The notes beneath the pieces were generated by a model. The model worked only from the letters and a program-made list of their open reading frames with translations. It did not search any database and was not told the DNA's origin. A stretch of DNA of 64,000 nucleotides. Source: Octopus sinensis (taxonomy: Eukaryota). This document shows positions 15,046 through 28,200 of the stretch, piece by piece. Location of the stretch: NCBI RefSeq assembly GCF_006345805.1, contig NC_042998.1, forward strand, positions 137,268,001 through 137,332,000. The letters are read 5' to 3'. Position 1 is the stretch's first letter. Every line of letters begins with the position of its first letter. Made by a program: the position numbers and the translations under genes.

Positions 15046-18000
15046 GTATATGTGTTAGAGAAGGGCGAGAGAAAAATGTACGTGTGTGTATGCGAATTGT
15101 TTCAGTTGCTAACTCCCACCCACATAAAAGTATGGATTCACGTGTCAAATGGGTGAGAGAGTGAGAGTGAGAAAGAGAGAAAGTTAAATAGCAATAAAGG
15201 CACATGTACGGTAAACACATGTATGTAGGTTATACAACCGCACATGTAAAGTAATTCCTCTCTCTCTCTCTCTCTCACTCTCTCACTCATACACACACAC
15301 TTGCAGAAAAACAACAACTCTTATCTGCAATGATTCTCTAAACCCGTGTTTTTATGATATTTTATTCGTCGTCGTCGACATCTTTCTGGCATTTCAGTCG
15401 CAAGCAAACAAGTTATGTATTGCGAAGGTGATAACGCATAAATGCTGAGAGAAAGGGGGGAGGGAGAGAGAGAGAGAGAGAGAAGGACGGTAAGATAGCT
15501 AGAGAGACAGAAAGGGAGATAGATAGGTAGGGAGACAGACAGACAGATAGAGAGGAGAAGCAAGAGATAGCTAAAGAGAGGGCAATGTACTTTGGCACGT
15601 GAGTGGATTTGACACGTGTTCTCAATTACACAGTTTTATATCTTGAGTGAAATTCTCTATCTCACTTAATCAATTCAGTGCTCACTCAACAACTAACTCT
15701 CACTCTTCCTCACGCAACTCTCTCTCTCATTATTTACTGTTTTTCCTCCCCCCACCTCGTTAATCTCTTTATTTGTTTTCATTCTTTCTCCTCTCTTCCC
15801 CTCCTTTTCTATTGTACTTTTCTCTTTTACTTTATTTCAAGAAAACACTTAATTTGCTTTATTATTTTTTTGTTGTTCTTTTTTAAAACAATTTATTGTT
15901 TATTTATTCCTTGTAGAAATTACAACGTAACGTTTTAACTCCTCCACACATACTTTTTTGTTTCTCAAAAACAAAAAAAAAAGAAAGATTACTTTCTTTT
16001 CCTTGCAGATATTTTTTTTTTCTTTCGCTTCAACTATAGCTATCTATCTGATTATTGTTATTATTAATTTACCTAATAACAACATCACTGCATACTCATT
16101 ACTCATGTTTAACAAAACTAAAACTAACAGTCTCTCTACAAATGTTGACATTGCACATCAGACACCCTATTGCCAAGAGTACAGGACTAAAAAATATATA
16201 CGTCCAATACATCAGAAAGATTGTATTATGACATTAATTTCATTTTGCGCTGGAATACACTACTCGTACAACTGGAACGTTATTCTCACTTCAAACATTC
16301 TGGACTACATCCAACAGAAAGAAAACATAAGGTCATTATCCATCCACTTGATAGATAAATCTCCAATTACCAACTTTGGATCTACTCTCCAACTTTCTCC
16401 CCTACGTATTCCTCTCTCTCTCTCTCTCCCTCTTTCTCTCTCTCTCTCTTTCTCTCTCAAGTTCTCTGCTCCTTTAAATTTACTCTCCGTGTCGTTTCGC
16501 TCTCTTTCTCTTGTGTATTTCTTGAAACCCTCTGGGCCTCACATCTCATGGGTAACCTGCAAACCCGCGGGAGTCTTTGAATGGCACGGCTAACGAACAC
16601 TTGCTTTCACTTTTTTCAGTGGTGCAGGCCACTTGATGATGAACATGTCTCATGCGACCCACTTCTCGAACAATAATTGCCCTTGCTTGTCCTGCACAGC
16701 TCTTATTCATTCTTCCTCCTATATTTTTCTGTCAACCATTGACATTCAGAAGCTCGTTCTGATCCACAACTGCCTTTATTTATTCCATTATCCAAGAAGA
16801 TCAGGAAAAAATATGTGCACTGCTCTTAGTACTTCTTAAATTATTTTTAACTATCACGCCTTTTCCTTTTCTTTAACAACACGCTCTTTGCTATGATTCA
16901 GCAAAATTAAATATACCAGAAAAATGGTAGCCAATAGGTTGATCACAATGTGGAATGTCAAAATATTTCGACCACTGATATTATCTTTTATCTTTTAGAT
17001 GTTTCAATCATTGAATTGCAGTTTAGATAATAAGAAAAAATTAATTCAACACCGTTACTTATTTTTTTAAAGTCTGGTACTTATTGCATCAGTCTTTTTT
17101 GCTGAATGCTAAGTTACAGGTTCATAAAGAACCCAACAGTGACGGTGGTGGTGATGGTGGTGGAGGACAAACACATAAAGACACGTACATAGACACATAC
17201 ATTCTCAATCATTGGTCGAAGACAGTTGCCCAGGGTACTGCACAGTGGGACTGAACAGGGTTGCGAAGAGAGCTTCTTAACCACACAGCCATGCCTGTGC
17301 CTCTATTAGCAGAATGAAAGCCAAAAATACTTTTTTAAAGTATGGCAATTAAAAGATGCATCTATCACCCAGCCCTTTTTGTCTCCAGTCCCTATATAAA
17401 ATTTTCCAGTTCTCAGAAGGAGGTGAAGCTGTTCCACTCTCTTTGGCTTGAAAAGCACTGCTCTAAATCATAAAAATAGTCTTGAATGTATTTACAATGG
17501 AATGTGTTATGCCCAAATTCCCATTTCACAAGAATTGAAGATAAACTTATCTGATATTTCCTACTTTATCTTTCTAACCCTTCAGGACAGTTGAACTAAC
17601 AATTTTTTTTTGTATGGATTCTACATGAAGCAATTGGTTTATTGGTTAAATAAAATATCACTACTTCATGTTAGTCATACATAAATAAATATGTCTCATT
17701 TAAAGTGATTCTGTTTGGCATTCCTCTGAAGTTACTTCCTTCTGTGAGTAAACAGTACTGAGGCCACCCACACACACAGATATTAGCTATACCTTCATAA
17801 CTTACAATTCTTGTCTAATTCTTGATTATGTTACATCTAAATCAAAATATGTTACATTGAAATCAAATTTGATGAATGAAAACAAAGAAGTCTGAGTAAA
17901 AATTCTAGTATCCTAGAGTCAGCTAGGAGTCATGTATCCATCACTTTGTCATAACTTCCAATTCTTTCACCACCCAAAATCATCATTATTTTATGTACAC

Positions 18001-19934
18001 TTTCCATACTGGCATTGGTTGGACTAATCTTTGCTGCTCTCTTAGATGGGTCAGGGGACCACAGTTCATTCATGTGTCATTTTTGGTTAGGTTTCATTGG
18101 TTGTATGACCATCCTAACACTGACTACTTCACACAGTGTACTGGATGCATTTTTTTCCTGGACCCAGTACAAGAGATGCTTTTATATATTCAACAACACT
18201 CTAGGGTGCTCCCAACTCCACACATAATAGAGCGTACTGGGTGCAGTTTATTGTATAAACAGCACTACAAAGTATTTATATTTAACTATCCCCACTCCCA
18301 ATAATGGATAGCAATAGGCCTTGTATATGTCTGAAGCCATGATTCTTAACAGGATATTTCTGAGTACTTAAGAATCTTTGGAGTTATAAACAAAATGCCT
18401 TGACTCATTTTGTTAGTTTATGCTTTCTGTTGAAATTTCTCTGAAATAAACCTGGCTTTTTATTCTTCCAGAGACATTTCATTGCAGTAGTTTTACCCTT
18501 TACCCACTTTTTAATCTGATTTTCACATGCAAACCATAGAATCATAAACTGATTTATTGGTTTTGTGTCCAATGAGTTTGCTGGCAGAATTATTCGAGTG
18601 TTGAACAAATACCTGGCAGTATCTCTTCTGGGTCTTTACATTTCAATTTCAAATCCCACCAAGGACAATCTCACCCTTCATCCTTTTCAGGTTGATATAG
18701 TACCAATCTAGTACAACTAAACTCCTCCTGTTAAAACTTTTAGTCTCATGCCTATATTTGAAACACTTGTTAAATTTTGGAATTTGTTTCATTCTTCTTG
18801 GTTCTTGGTTCAAACTTCACCTAAATCAACTCAGCTATTTATCTACCTTAGGTTGATTCAATTGACTATACGTTTCTCTCTTCTGAAAATTGGAGCTGTA
18901 GCTCAGAAATAATTATTTTATTTAGGATTTGTTTTCTTTTAATCCTGTTATTAATTTGTATTTTTTTTACCCTGTTATTAATTTGTCAGTTAATTTAATG
19001 CTTCCATTCTTTTCCTTTTCCTCTCTTTCATCTGATCCTGATACTTCTGTTATGCTCTGCCATCAACAGTTCTGTGAAAGAAATTGTGAAATCCTAACTT
19101 ATTCTACTTAACAACCTACAAATGTAAGTTAAAATCTTCCTTGTTTTTTTTTTCTGTTTCCTTTTCTTTGTTTTATTTTACTCAATAACCTTGATCTCAT
19201 TTGAAATTGCACCAGTAATCTAAATAACTATAATTAATCTTTTAATCTACATCTCCCTTGTTGAACTTAATCCAACAAATACTACATCCTAATCTATCTT
19301 TTTAAAATGTATTGTCATTTTTCAACCTTATTGAAAATAACATATGAGTTTGCATAACAACCTTTACAGTGTCTCAGACAATGTTTCTCTATCTGTTGGG
19401 ACAGTTATTATCTGTCAACAAAAGAGTATTGTGCCTATGGCCAAGACACTCCTGTTTCAATAGCTCACTCCATGTAGCTCTATGTAGCCACTAGGTCACT
19501 GCGAGGAGAATCTGCTCTAGTGGATCAATGTGCATACAAAATAAATCTGTTACATAGATGATACATATTATGCTAGAATAGGAATATAATGACTTGTAGT
19601 AGAAATTTGTGATTTACAACCTATATTCATAATAATGAATTCTCTTCAACAACAGTTTTCAGGTTTGTATAAAAAATTGGCAGTGTAGAAATTAGAGGGG
19701 AACAGTTTGAATATGCTCCAGTTGATCTAATATTTACCTAGCAGAAACACTTTGCTATAAACTTGAACTATGAAATGATCTGTTGTTTCACAAACTGAAT
19801 AAATAGTATAATGTTTCATTGATATAAACTTATCATCATTATGATTTTCCATGCTGGCATGGGTTGGAATAATCACATCCTCAACAGCCACACAGCTACC
19901 AACTTAATGTACTTTCACAAATGCAAAACAGCTA

Positions 19935-20815
19935 AAAAGATCCTAAGGAGAATAATTGGGGGATTCAGTCTTCAGTATGTGTCTGTGGTATGGCACAGTA
20001 TATAGCTACAGGCTGTTAAGGGAATTTAATTGGATGGCTCACTGTTTCTTTAAAATCTAAAACAATGTCTGTAGATGTATAAATAGATTCATCTCCATGC
20101 AACCGTTTGTTTAATAATTTCTTCATTGATTGTCTTAACAGCCTAACAAACTTATTTTTAAAGGGGTGGGAAAAGTATTGCTCTTTCACAGAGCTATTTG
20201 CAATTGTGGTAGTTCTGTTAGACATTGGGAAAGACTGATAACATCAATTCACTAATAACAACCATAAATATGTCCCAATTTTGATCAGGTACAGCAAACC
20301 CTTTTTCCAGGCTCCAAAAGTCTTGTAACAAAATCAGCTGAGTGTTGGTCTTTGTTAAGGTAAGCTCTCGTGTTTTTTTTCTTTTTTTCAGTTTATGTTT
20401 CTGAATTGATCAGCTTCTTGTCTTCTTCGGAATAACTGGAAGCATCTAACAAATGTCACCTGCTAAAGCGACTGTTACTTCATTGAAAGAATTTCTTCTG
20501 ATGAAATTCTTGACAGTTTGATACAAAACCTCAGAAAAAACTTTAGGGGACACAATGCATTTGTCCCTGATTATCATCTAACACTTTTACACTTCTACTG
20601 CTCCTGTTCCTTTACTAATGTTACAGGTTACTGAGTCATCAATAGTGAGATTCAATGACAGTTTGAACGCACTGTGATCTGTTTTGCTCCCTGGCAATAT
20701 AGTGTCAGCAACACCTGAAGATTCGACGGCTATGGTAATTTTTCCCATGTTTCATTACTTCAGCCAGCTGTAGGTTTCTCAATGAGATCATTCCTGTTAC
20801 TCCAGATGCACCAAA
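19935..20815 (-). mobile_element. Decayed Helitron Rep/Hel PIF1-type helicase fragment
   Basis: Manual minus-strand translation with stops and frameshifts: GASGVTG (eroded Walker A)...KITIAVESSGVADTILPGSKTDHSAFKLSLNL...TCNISK...VALAGDIC*MLPVIP...LCERAILFP...HPIKFLNSL...PIILLR. These follow the order of Helitron helicase motifs (AVASSGIAA.LL.GGRTAHS.FK, GDFRQ.LPV, LCERAIL, EFLNSL...PIMLLRN). Confidence 0.85.
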
Positions 20816-23412
20816 AGAAAAGAATATTATACACGCACACACACACACACATATTGTGCCTCTCTACTATCACTCTATTTCCCTCATTATGCTGTTTTTA
20901 ATTTTTCAATTATTGGAGCATATATTTTTATCTTCATAGATTCAAATGTTCAAATGTGCTGTGTAATATGTATTATTAGTAAAGTTTACTGAATGTATTT
21001 TATATGAAACAGTTTAGCTTAGTCTCAGTATGATAACTTCATCTCTCTGTTCATTGAATATAATGTCTGTGTTATACTGGGAGTGCTGGGTTAAAATTTC
21101 CTTAATTGCATGTGACTTTCAACAATTCCATTGAAAAATGACCTAAATGCCACAGTCAAGTAAACTGTTGCAATGAGCTTATCGCACTCTTACAGCCAAT
21201 CAGATTTGATGATAATAATAGCAACTTTAGAAATTGAAATAACCATTCAAACAACTTGACACTGGAATGTTTTTGTATGTGTGTAGTTTGTGTGGAATGT
21301 ATTTATATATATCATTGTTATTTAACGTCCATTTTCCATGGGTTGGATTACTTGTATGTATATATATATATATATATATATATCCATATATATTTATATA
21401 TGTATATATATTTGTAGTTAAGCTTTTTGAGTGGATTTGGTTGAGCAAAGCTGAAGGAAGCCTCTCGTGTGTGTGTCTTTATGTCTGTGTTTATCCGCCA
21501 CCACCACCACCACTGCTCGGCAACTGGTATTGGTGTGTTCATGTCCCCATAACTTAGTGGTTTGGCAACAAAGACTGATAAAATATGTACCAGGCTTAAG
21601 AAAAAAATAAGTACTGGGATCGATTCATTTGACTAAAAATTCTTCAGGGCAGTGCCCCAGCTTGGTTGCAGTCTAATGACTGAAACGAGTGGAAGTATAA
21701 AAGTAAAAGAATACATTGAGAGCATGAGAGAGAGAGAGAGAAAGGTTTGATAAAATGCCATGCACAAAACTCAGCCATTGAGCCACTTTGTAACATCTAC
21801 TGATTAAATCTAATAAAGTATATATGATGTATGTATATACACATACATAGACAGATAGAGTAGATTCTAGAAGTCAAAAGAAAGACCTTAAGTATTCAAT
21901 AACAAAGTGCCTTTTTTTTTTAAATATAGAAGTTAGTGTAAGAAGGAGGGTTTTGAAAACCTTAAAAAATAATGGGAGGAAGGTAAGAACTGATCCAAAT
22001 GCTTGCAGAATGAACTGCACTAGTGGTACCCAAGAACCAAGTGAAGCTTGAAAGTGGGCATCAAATGAAGACTACCACCTAAAATTCAAAATGTTTGCAA
22101 CATCTAAGGTTACTAAGCTGTCAACTAAGTACTAACTAGGTTCTAAGTTGCTTAAACTTTAGTGGTCAGATGGGAACTGATGTTTTCAACATGACACTGT
22201 TGCAAATCAAACATGAACCTATTATTACAGAGATGTACAACAACAGCACTTTAAGATTATTTTCCCTGCTAAAGCAGGGGTTAGCTTCATAGACTCTTCT
22301 CTATATTAGCACTTCACCTACCCCCTTGCACTTATTTTGTCCTATAGCACTTTTACTGTCTTTCTTGGTTTCCCTCTTCTACTTCCTTCCATCACTTCTC
22401 AAACCCTGTCAACTTTCAATCTTCCTAAACATGACCCAACTATCTCATCCCATTTCTCTTCACAACATCCACTATTGGCTCAATTCCTATCACCCATCCT
22501 CTGCAATTCATTGTTTTTGTCTTTCTCTCTTATAGAGATACTCCACTTGTCCACTGAACCATTCTCATCTTTATTCATTACAGCCTTCTCTGCTGTTTTA
22601 CGTTCAGTAGCCATAGTCCACATCTATAAATCATGGCACTTCTCTCCTCATTAACATATCACTCAGTTTCCAAAACTTCTTACATGCACAACTCACTCAA
22701 TCTACTGTCACCAAGTCTGATATATCTTCTCCATTCAACATGTACAGTTGTACTGTAACACTACTCATCAACATCCTGAAGCTGATTGTCTTCAAATAAA
22801 AAAAGAAAAAATAGAAGTGTTGTTGCTGAAAATTAATTAAAAAAAAATTTGTTTTAAGCAGAGTAAGTTTGTGCAATGTCAACTCTTCTCTTTTGATTGT
22901 GTAACCAGAACTGTTCCAGAGTGTTCCACTTACCAGGCTCAAATGGATGCATGTGAGGCAAGGTAGGGATGTGAAACCAAAATACAGATTGCTACTGATT
23001 TCTCTTACTATCACAGTTCACATCATATAAGAAGTTCCCCTTGCTGAAATTTGTCTAATATTACCAGACTAACATCTAAGTGGATTACAAACACAAACCA
23101 GGCTACAAAACATAACATATGTAACCTCAATGTGATACATCAAACTGCTTGCTGCTATGGTTGGGACCTTTGAACATTGCTACTCCTGCTTTGCCAGCAC
23201 CTATTGCTTGATAGTCATCAACCCTAAACTGGGTTCACTCATCCTTTTGACACACACACACATACACACACACACATATATATATTAGTGAGACAAACAT
23301 GGATAATTAAAACTAAATAGATATATATGATTTTAATGTGTTTTTTTTTCCTATATTGATGTTGGTTATATATATATAAATTTATATATTTGTGTTCTTT
23401 TTTTTATTGCAG

Positions 23413-24442
23413 ATGACTGCAACAGCACAGTCTTCCACTTTTAAGCGGCCCTTTTACAACTTAGAGAACTCTGGCATCAGTCTTTACCGTGAACTGAAGC
23501 TGAAACGACGTCGCATCTTAGATCTCGTTGGATGTGACACAGAATCTTGTGTCAGCAATGAAAGTCGTCGCAGTATGGGCAGCGAGAGTTCTGGTTATGT
23601 CTCTGATTGTGATCAGTTCAGTGATGCCAGTCATGAGAATTCCAACTCACCTTCTATTGTACAGTCAACAGCTGAGGACAGCTACAAGTCAAAATTTCTT
23701 GAGCAGAATGTAGTGGCTGTGTCTGACAAAAGCAACAACATTCTTGCTGAGAAACAAAAATTTGAAGAATTCACTCTGAAAGTGAAAGTAGAAGCCAACA
23801 GTAACAACAACAACAGCAATAATCAGAACATTAACAATAATAATGATGATGATGATAAAAATAATAATAATAATAGTTTCCAAAATAAGAAAAAGTGTAA
23901 CACTCCTGAAAGTCATATGGTCAATTATCAGCCTGACCAGAATCAAGACAATGCCAGTCGGAACTGCAGTTCAGGTTCACCTCTAAGTTCTGGTGCTCTT
24001 CAAAATCAGAACAATGTTATTGTGAACCATCCATTGCTTGTTATGAACAATAATCAAGCTAATAACTCTTTTAGTAATGAAGAAGAAAATGATGATAATG
24101 TGAATAGTAGTAACAATAATAACAATGGCCCGGTGAATATGCCTTTTGGAATAGCCTATGTTGGTTTCCCTTCAGGCTTTGTCTTTCAACCTCAAATTAT
24201 TAGAGAACAGAATATGGGAGATAATATGACAACTGTGAATATGATACCAGTGATGACAACAGTGCCTAGTGGAATCTCTTCAACACAAACTATTTATACG
24301 ATGCCCACACTGCTCACCAACCAACAGTTTAACAGCCCCACAAACAGCAATAGTGGCAATGTTGCTGAGATCCCACACATAAATTTTGTTATCGATCCTT
24401 CGATGCAACAACAACAACAACACCAACAACAACAACAACAAC

Positions 24443-24474
<32 letters not shown>

Positions 24475-25274
24475 CAACAAGCTGTAGAATGCAATCTGAA
24501 ACAAGCAGATACTCAGCCACAGCAACACTTTACACTGAGCTCTGGTAACTTAAAGACAAACCAGACTGTCATTCCTCAAGGTGGCACTACTTACCAAATC
24601 TGTCGGTATCCCTATATTAACCCGAGCCAAAAGGAACAATATGAGCAAAACATGGTTGACTCTAAAAAAACATGGTTGCTTAGCAACAGCAATAGTAGCA
24701 GTATTAATAGCACCACCACCAACAACAACAGCAGCAGCAACAGTGGTAATAATTCAGACAATTACATGTGTATGACACCAGTTACTAATGTCAACAACAC
24801 TGTTATGAATTTTGGTGCAAATGGCAACCATCGTGTTAATTGTAATATTGAGATGAGCAGTATTGGTAACAGCAACAGTGGTACCAACAGCAACTTCAAC
24901 AACAGTAACACCAGCAACAACATCAACATCAACAATAGCACCAATGGAAGTAATGGCCAGAATACTGGGCATCACCACCATCACAACCACCATCATCATA
25001 ACCATAATCGGCATGCTCCTCCCCTCAACAATGGAGTTGGTCCAAACAATGCTGGTCATGCTCTAACACAAGTGAACAAAGGTTGTACACCTTCTAATAT
25101 GTATTTCACTAGCTCTTTGCCCTCAACTCTTGAAGATGATGTTTGTGTCAGTCCTGGAGATGGCAGCAATATGAAGAGTCCTGAAGGTGATAGTGACTGT
25201 GAAGAACCAATGATTTGTGCTATTTGTAATGACAGAGCTACTGGTCTTCATTATGGTATCATTACATGTGAAGG
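23413..25274 (+). CDS. Hr4: HR4 coding exon 1: long N/Q/H-rich A/B domain plus start of first zinc finger
   Basis: Acceptor ttttattgcag ends at 23412, directly before ATG. Lies within ORF 23392..25278. Ends with [20 protein letters not shown] at donor GG|gtaagt (25274/25275). Confidence 0.92.
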
Positions 25275-28200
25275 GTAAGTAAAACTTTTCAGTTTATCTT
25301 CCTTTACCTTCTTTTTTCCTTCTTTATTGTTTCTCTGTGTCTCTTACATTTGTTATCTTCTATTTCCTCCATTTTCTTAATTTCTTCTCTTTCACCCAAT
25401 TTTTTGCTGTTAATTTGCTCCATTACTGTCTCCTGACAGTAATGGTAATTGTTATAAATCTTGATTCTGTATCCCTTTTGCTCTACTGTCTCAGAAATCT
25501 AGTCATGATTATCTCAGTTCCACTATGTGGTACCTTGGGCAACTGTCTTCTAATAGAGCCCCATGCTGATCAAGGCTTTGTGAGTGGATTTGGTTGACAG
25601 GGAGAGGAAGAATTTCATTGTATGTGTGCATGTTTATGTGTGTGCTTATTTTTGTGTGTTTGTGTCTCCTCGTCCTTGTATCACAAGATGGTTGTAAACG
25701 TATGTCACCTTCATATAAGTGGTGTCATTTCTTCCCAATCTTTTGTGAAGACATGTCCAGTCATTGGGAAATATTGCCTTGCTTTCAAACAAGTGAGGTT
25801 TGGTAACAGGAAGGACATCAAGATGTAAAAAATCTGCATCTAAATGAGTTCCATCTGACCTGTGCAAGCATGAAAAGTGGATTATGATGATGATGCCTTT
25901 AAAAAAACTAATAGAAGTTTTGAACATTTCATTTACCTTTCCTTTTGATTTTTTTCTCTTTGCAGGTGTAAAGGATTTTTTAAGCGCACAGTGCAGAACA
26001 AACGGGTTTACACCTGTGTTGCTAGTGGCAACTGTGAGATAAACAAGATGCAACGTAATCGGTGCCAATATTGCCGTTTCAAGAAATGCTTACAAATGGG
26101 AATGGTTTTGGCTGGTAAGCAATAAACACTTCTTCCTGATATCTCTTTCTCTCTCTACGTACATACATACACATATATGTATATACATATATACATATAT
26201 ACATATATGTATGTATGTATGTATTTATAAAGAAGCAGTAAATTGAATGAATCATTAAAAGTGTTGGATAGAATGTCTTGCAGGAATTGTTCAGACTCAG
26301 TTCAAATATTGCTGAAGTCAGCAGCACTACCTATCATCCTTTCAAGGCCCATGACTAAAATACCAGTTTTATATTGAAATTGTTTCTTTTCTTTCTTCCT
26401 ATCTGTCTCTCTTTCTGGACAAATCAGATATGTTCAAATCTGGAGAAGGATGGGCCCCTCCAGGTCTAAGAATGCCTAAAACATGACAGCATCCTTATAT
26501 ATCCATGGATTTGAGGGCCCGAGGCAAGGTACATAAAAAGAACACCCATAGAAAGTAATCATTTAAGGCTTTAGACAATACAAATTAGAGCAAAAATCTG
26601 AACTTCTATTGACTAATTTTTTTGCCTGTCAACACTAAATCCTCTTTACACAGACCGTGTTGTCCTTTACTAGGACCATATATATGTTTTCTCAATCACT
26701 CCATTAAATCTTAAACAATATCTATTGTCCTACTGCAGTTGTGTCAGATTTTATTAGATACCATTTGCTCTTCATAAAAAGAAAGAAAGAAATACTTTAG
26801 AGCTGTGTTTGGTTATTACTGTGTCTTTAAGTGATGAATTATTGACTCAGTAATGTTTATCAAAAGAACAAGATTAAAAAGATAGCACAATCAAGAAGAG
26901 AGTTAGTTTCATAACTCAATTGGGGTCAGTTATCTTGGATGCAGTTTGGCTTCAACCTCAGAAGAGGTGCCACAGCTGCCACCTTTCTAGTGGGACAGGA
27001 GAAATAATCAGCTAAGACTAAAGCACTATACCTGGCATAGCCCTAAATCCTCTTGTTGTCCTTTACTAAGACCATATATAAGAGGCTGTATTGGACTACC
27101 CTCATTCCCCTCCCCAATACACTCCAACTTTGCCCTGCTGTACTGTACTCTCTCTCTCTCTCTCTCACTCACCCTTTCTTCTGTCTCTCTACTCTTACAC
27201 TCCCCTTCTCCTCCTCTCAATTATCTATTTCTGGCCTATCTACTGTCATTGCTCCCTCTCTTGTTCCCTTTCCCCATTCTACATGCTCTAGGTTGCTGTG
27301 CACATTTCTGTACATTTCCTGTGTATAAAGTACCTCCCGCTAGTGTATTTCAACATAGCTTGCCATGTTCCTTCTACATATGAATGGTGAGTGGGGGTAC
27401 ATCTCTAGTGCTGGTGCTATGCAAAATACACTGAGTGATTGGAAAATGAGCAGGGCAAGTCTAGAGTTATGAGGTCCCTTTTATGTTGTCTTACCAAACC
27501 TATTCAACCTCTCTAGTTTTAGTTCCACAAGAAAATACACCCAGTACACTCTGCAAATTAGTTAGCGTTAGGAAGAGCATCCAGCCAAAGAAACCACACC
27601 AAATGATACACACAAACACTTAGTCTTAAGGAGTAGTAGCTCCTAATAGGTGACTTTGAACTGTAAAGAGTACAAGGTTTTACAGTAATCTATATGTTTC
27701 TGACCTGTAGTACTTGCAAAGCTATATGTAATTAAGAAATCGTTTTCCTTTATATCAATATCTTGGGAAATTTCATATATGATATAATCAATTTCTTTTT
27801 TTATTCCTTTCCTCCTTAGCTGTCCGTGAAGATAGAATGCCCGGTGGACGTAATTCTGGAGCTGTCTATAACTTATACAAGGTTTGTGTACACTTCTATT
27901 TAAAGGTTCATCATGTGGACTGTGATATATAACCTAGTTGTGAGATTTACTCAATGATGTTTGATAAATTCTATTTAATGCATCAAGCAATGAAAGAGTA
28001 AAGTTTGTTTATTAATTTTAGTTATTCACTTACATAATGATTTAACATAGTGTATGACAGACATATGATAGTACATAGAGTGAAATTAGAGGGATAGTAT
28101 AATAGTGTTTGACAACAGGGATCATGCTATAGAGAAATTATTTTGCCCACAGATAATTGCTTGACAACAGGGATAATACTTAAAAGGGGATAATAATATA

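Noticed and set aside
2541-15618. Apparent clustering of CACGTG E-boxes (2541, 2726, 15139, 15596, 15613)
   Set aside because: About 7 were seen in the window, close to a rough chance expectation of about 6 at this base composition. Clustering may simply follow CpG retention.
15958-16593. 211-aa + strand ORF
   Set aside because: Low-complexity F/L/S/I composition from T-rich and CT repeats. No recognisable motif or clear splice sites.
23392-23412. Extension MFFFLLQ of the 628-aa ORF
   Set aside because: This is the polypyrimidine tract and acceptor of the intron, not coding.
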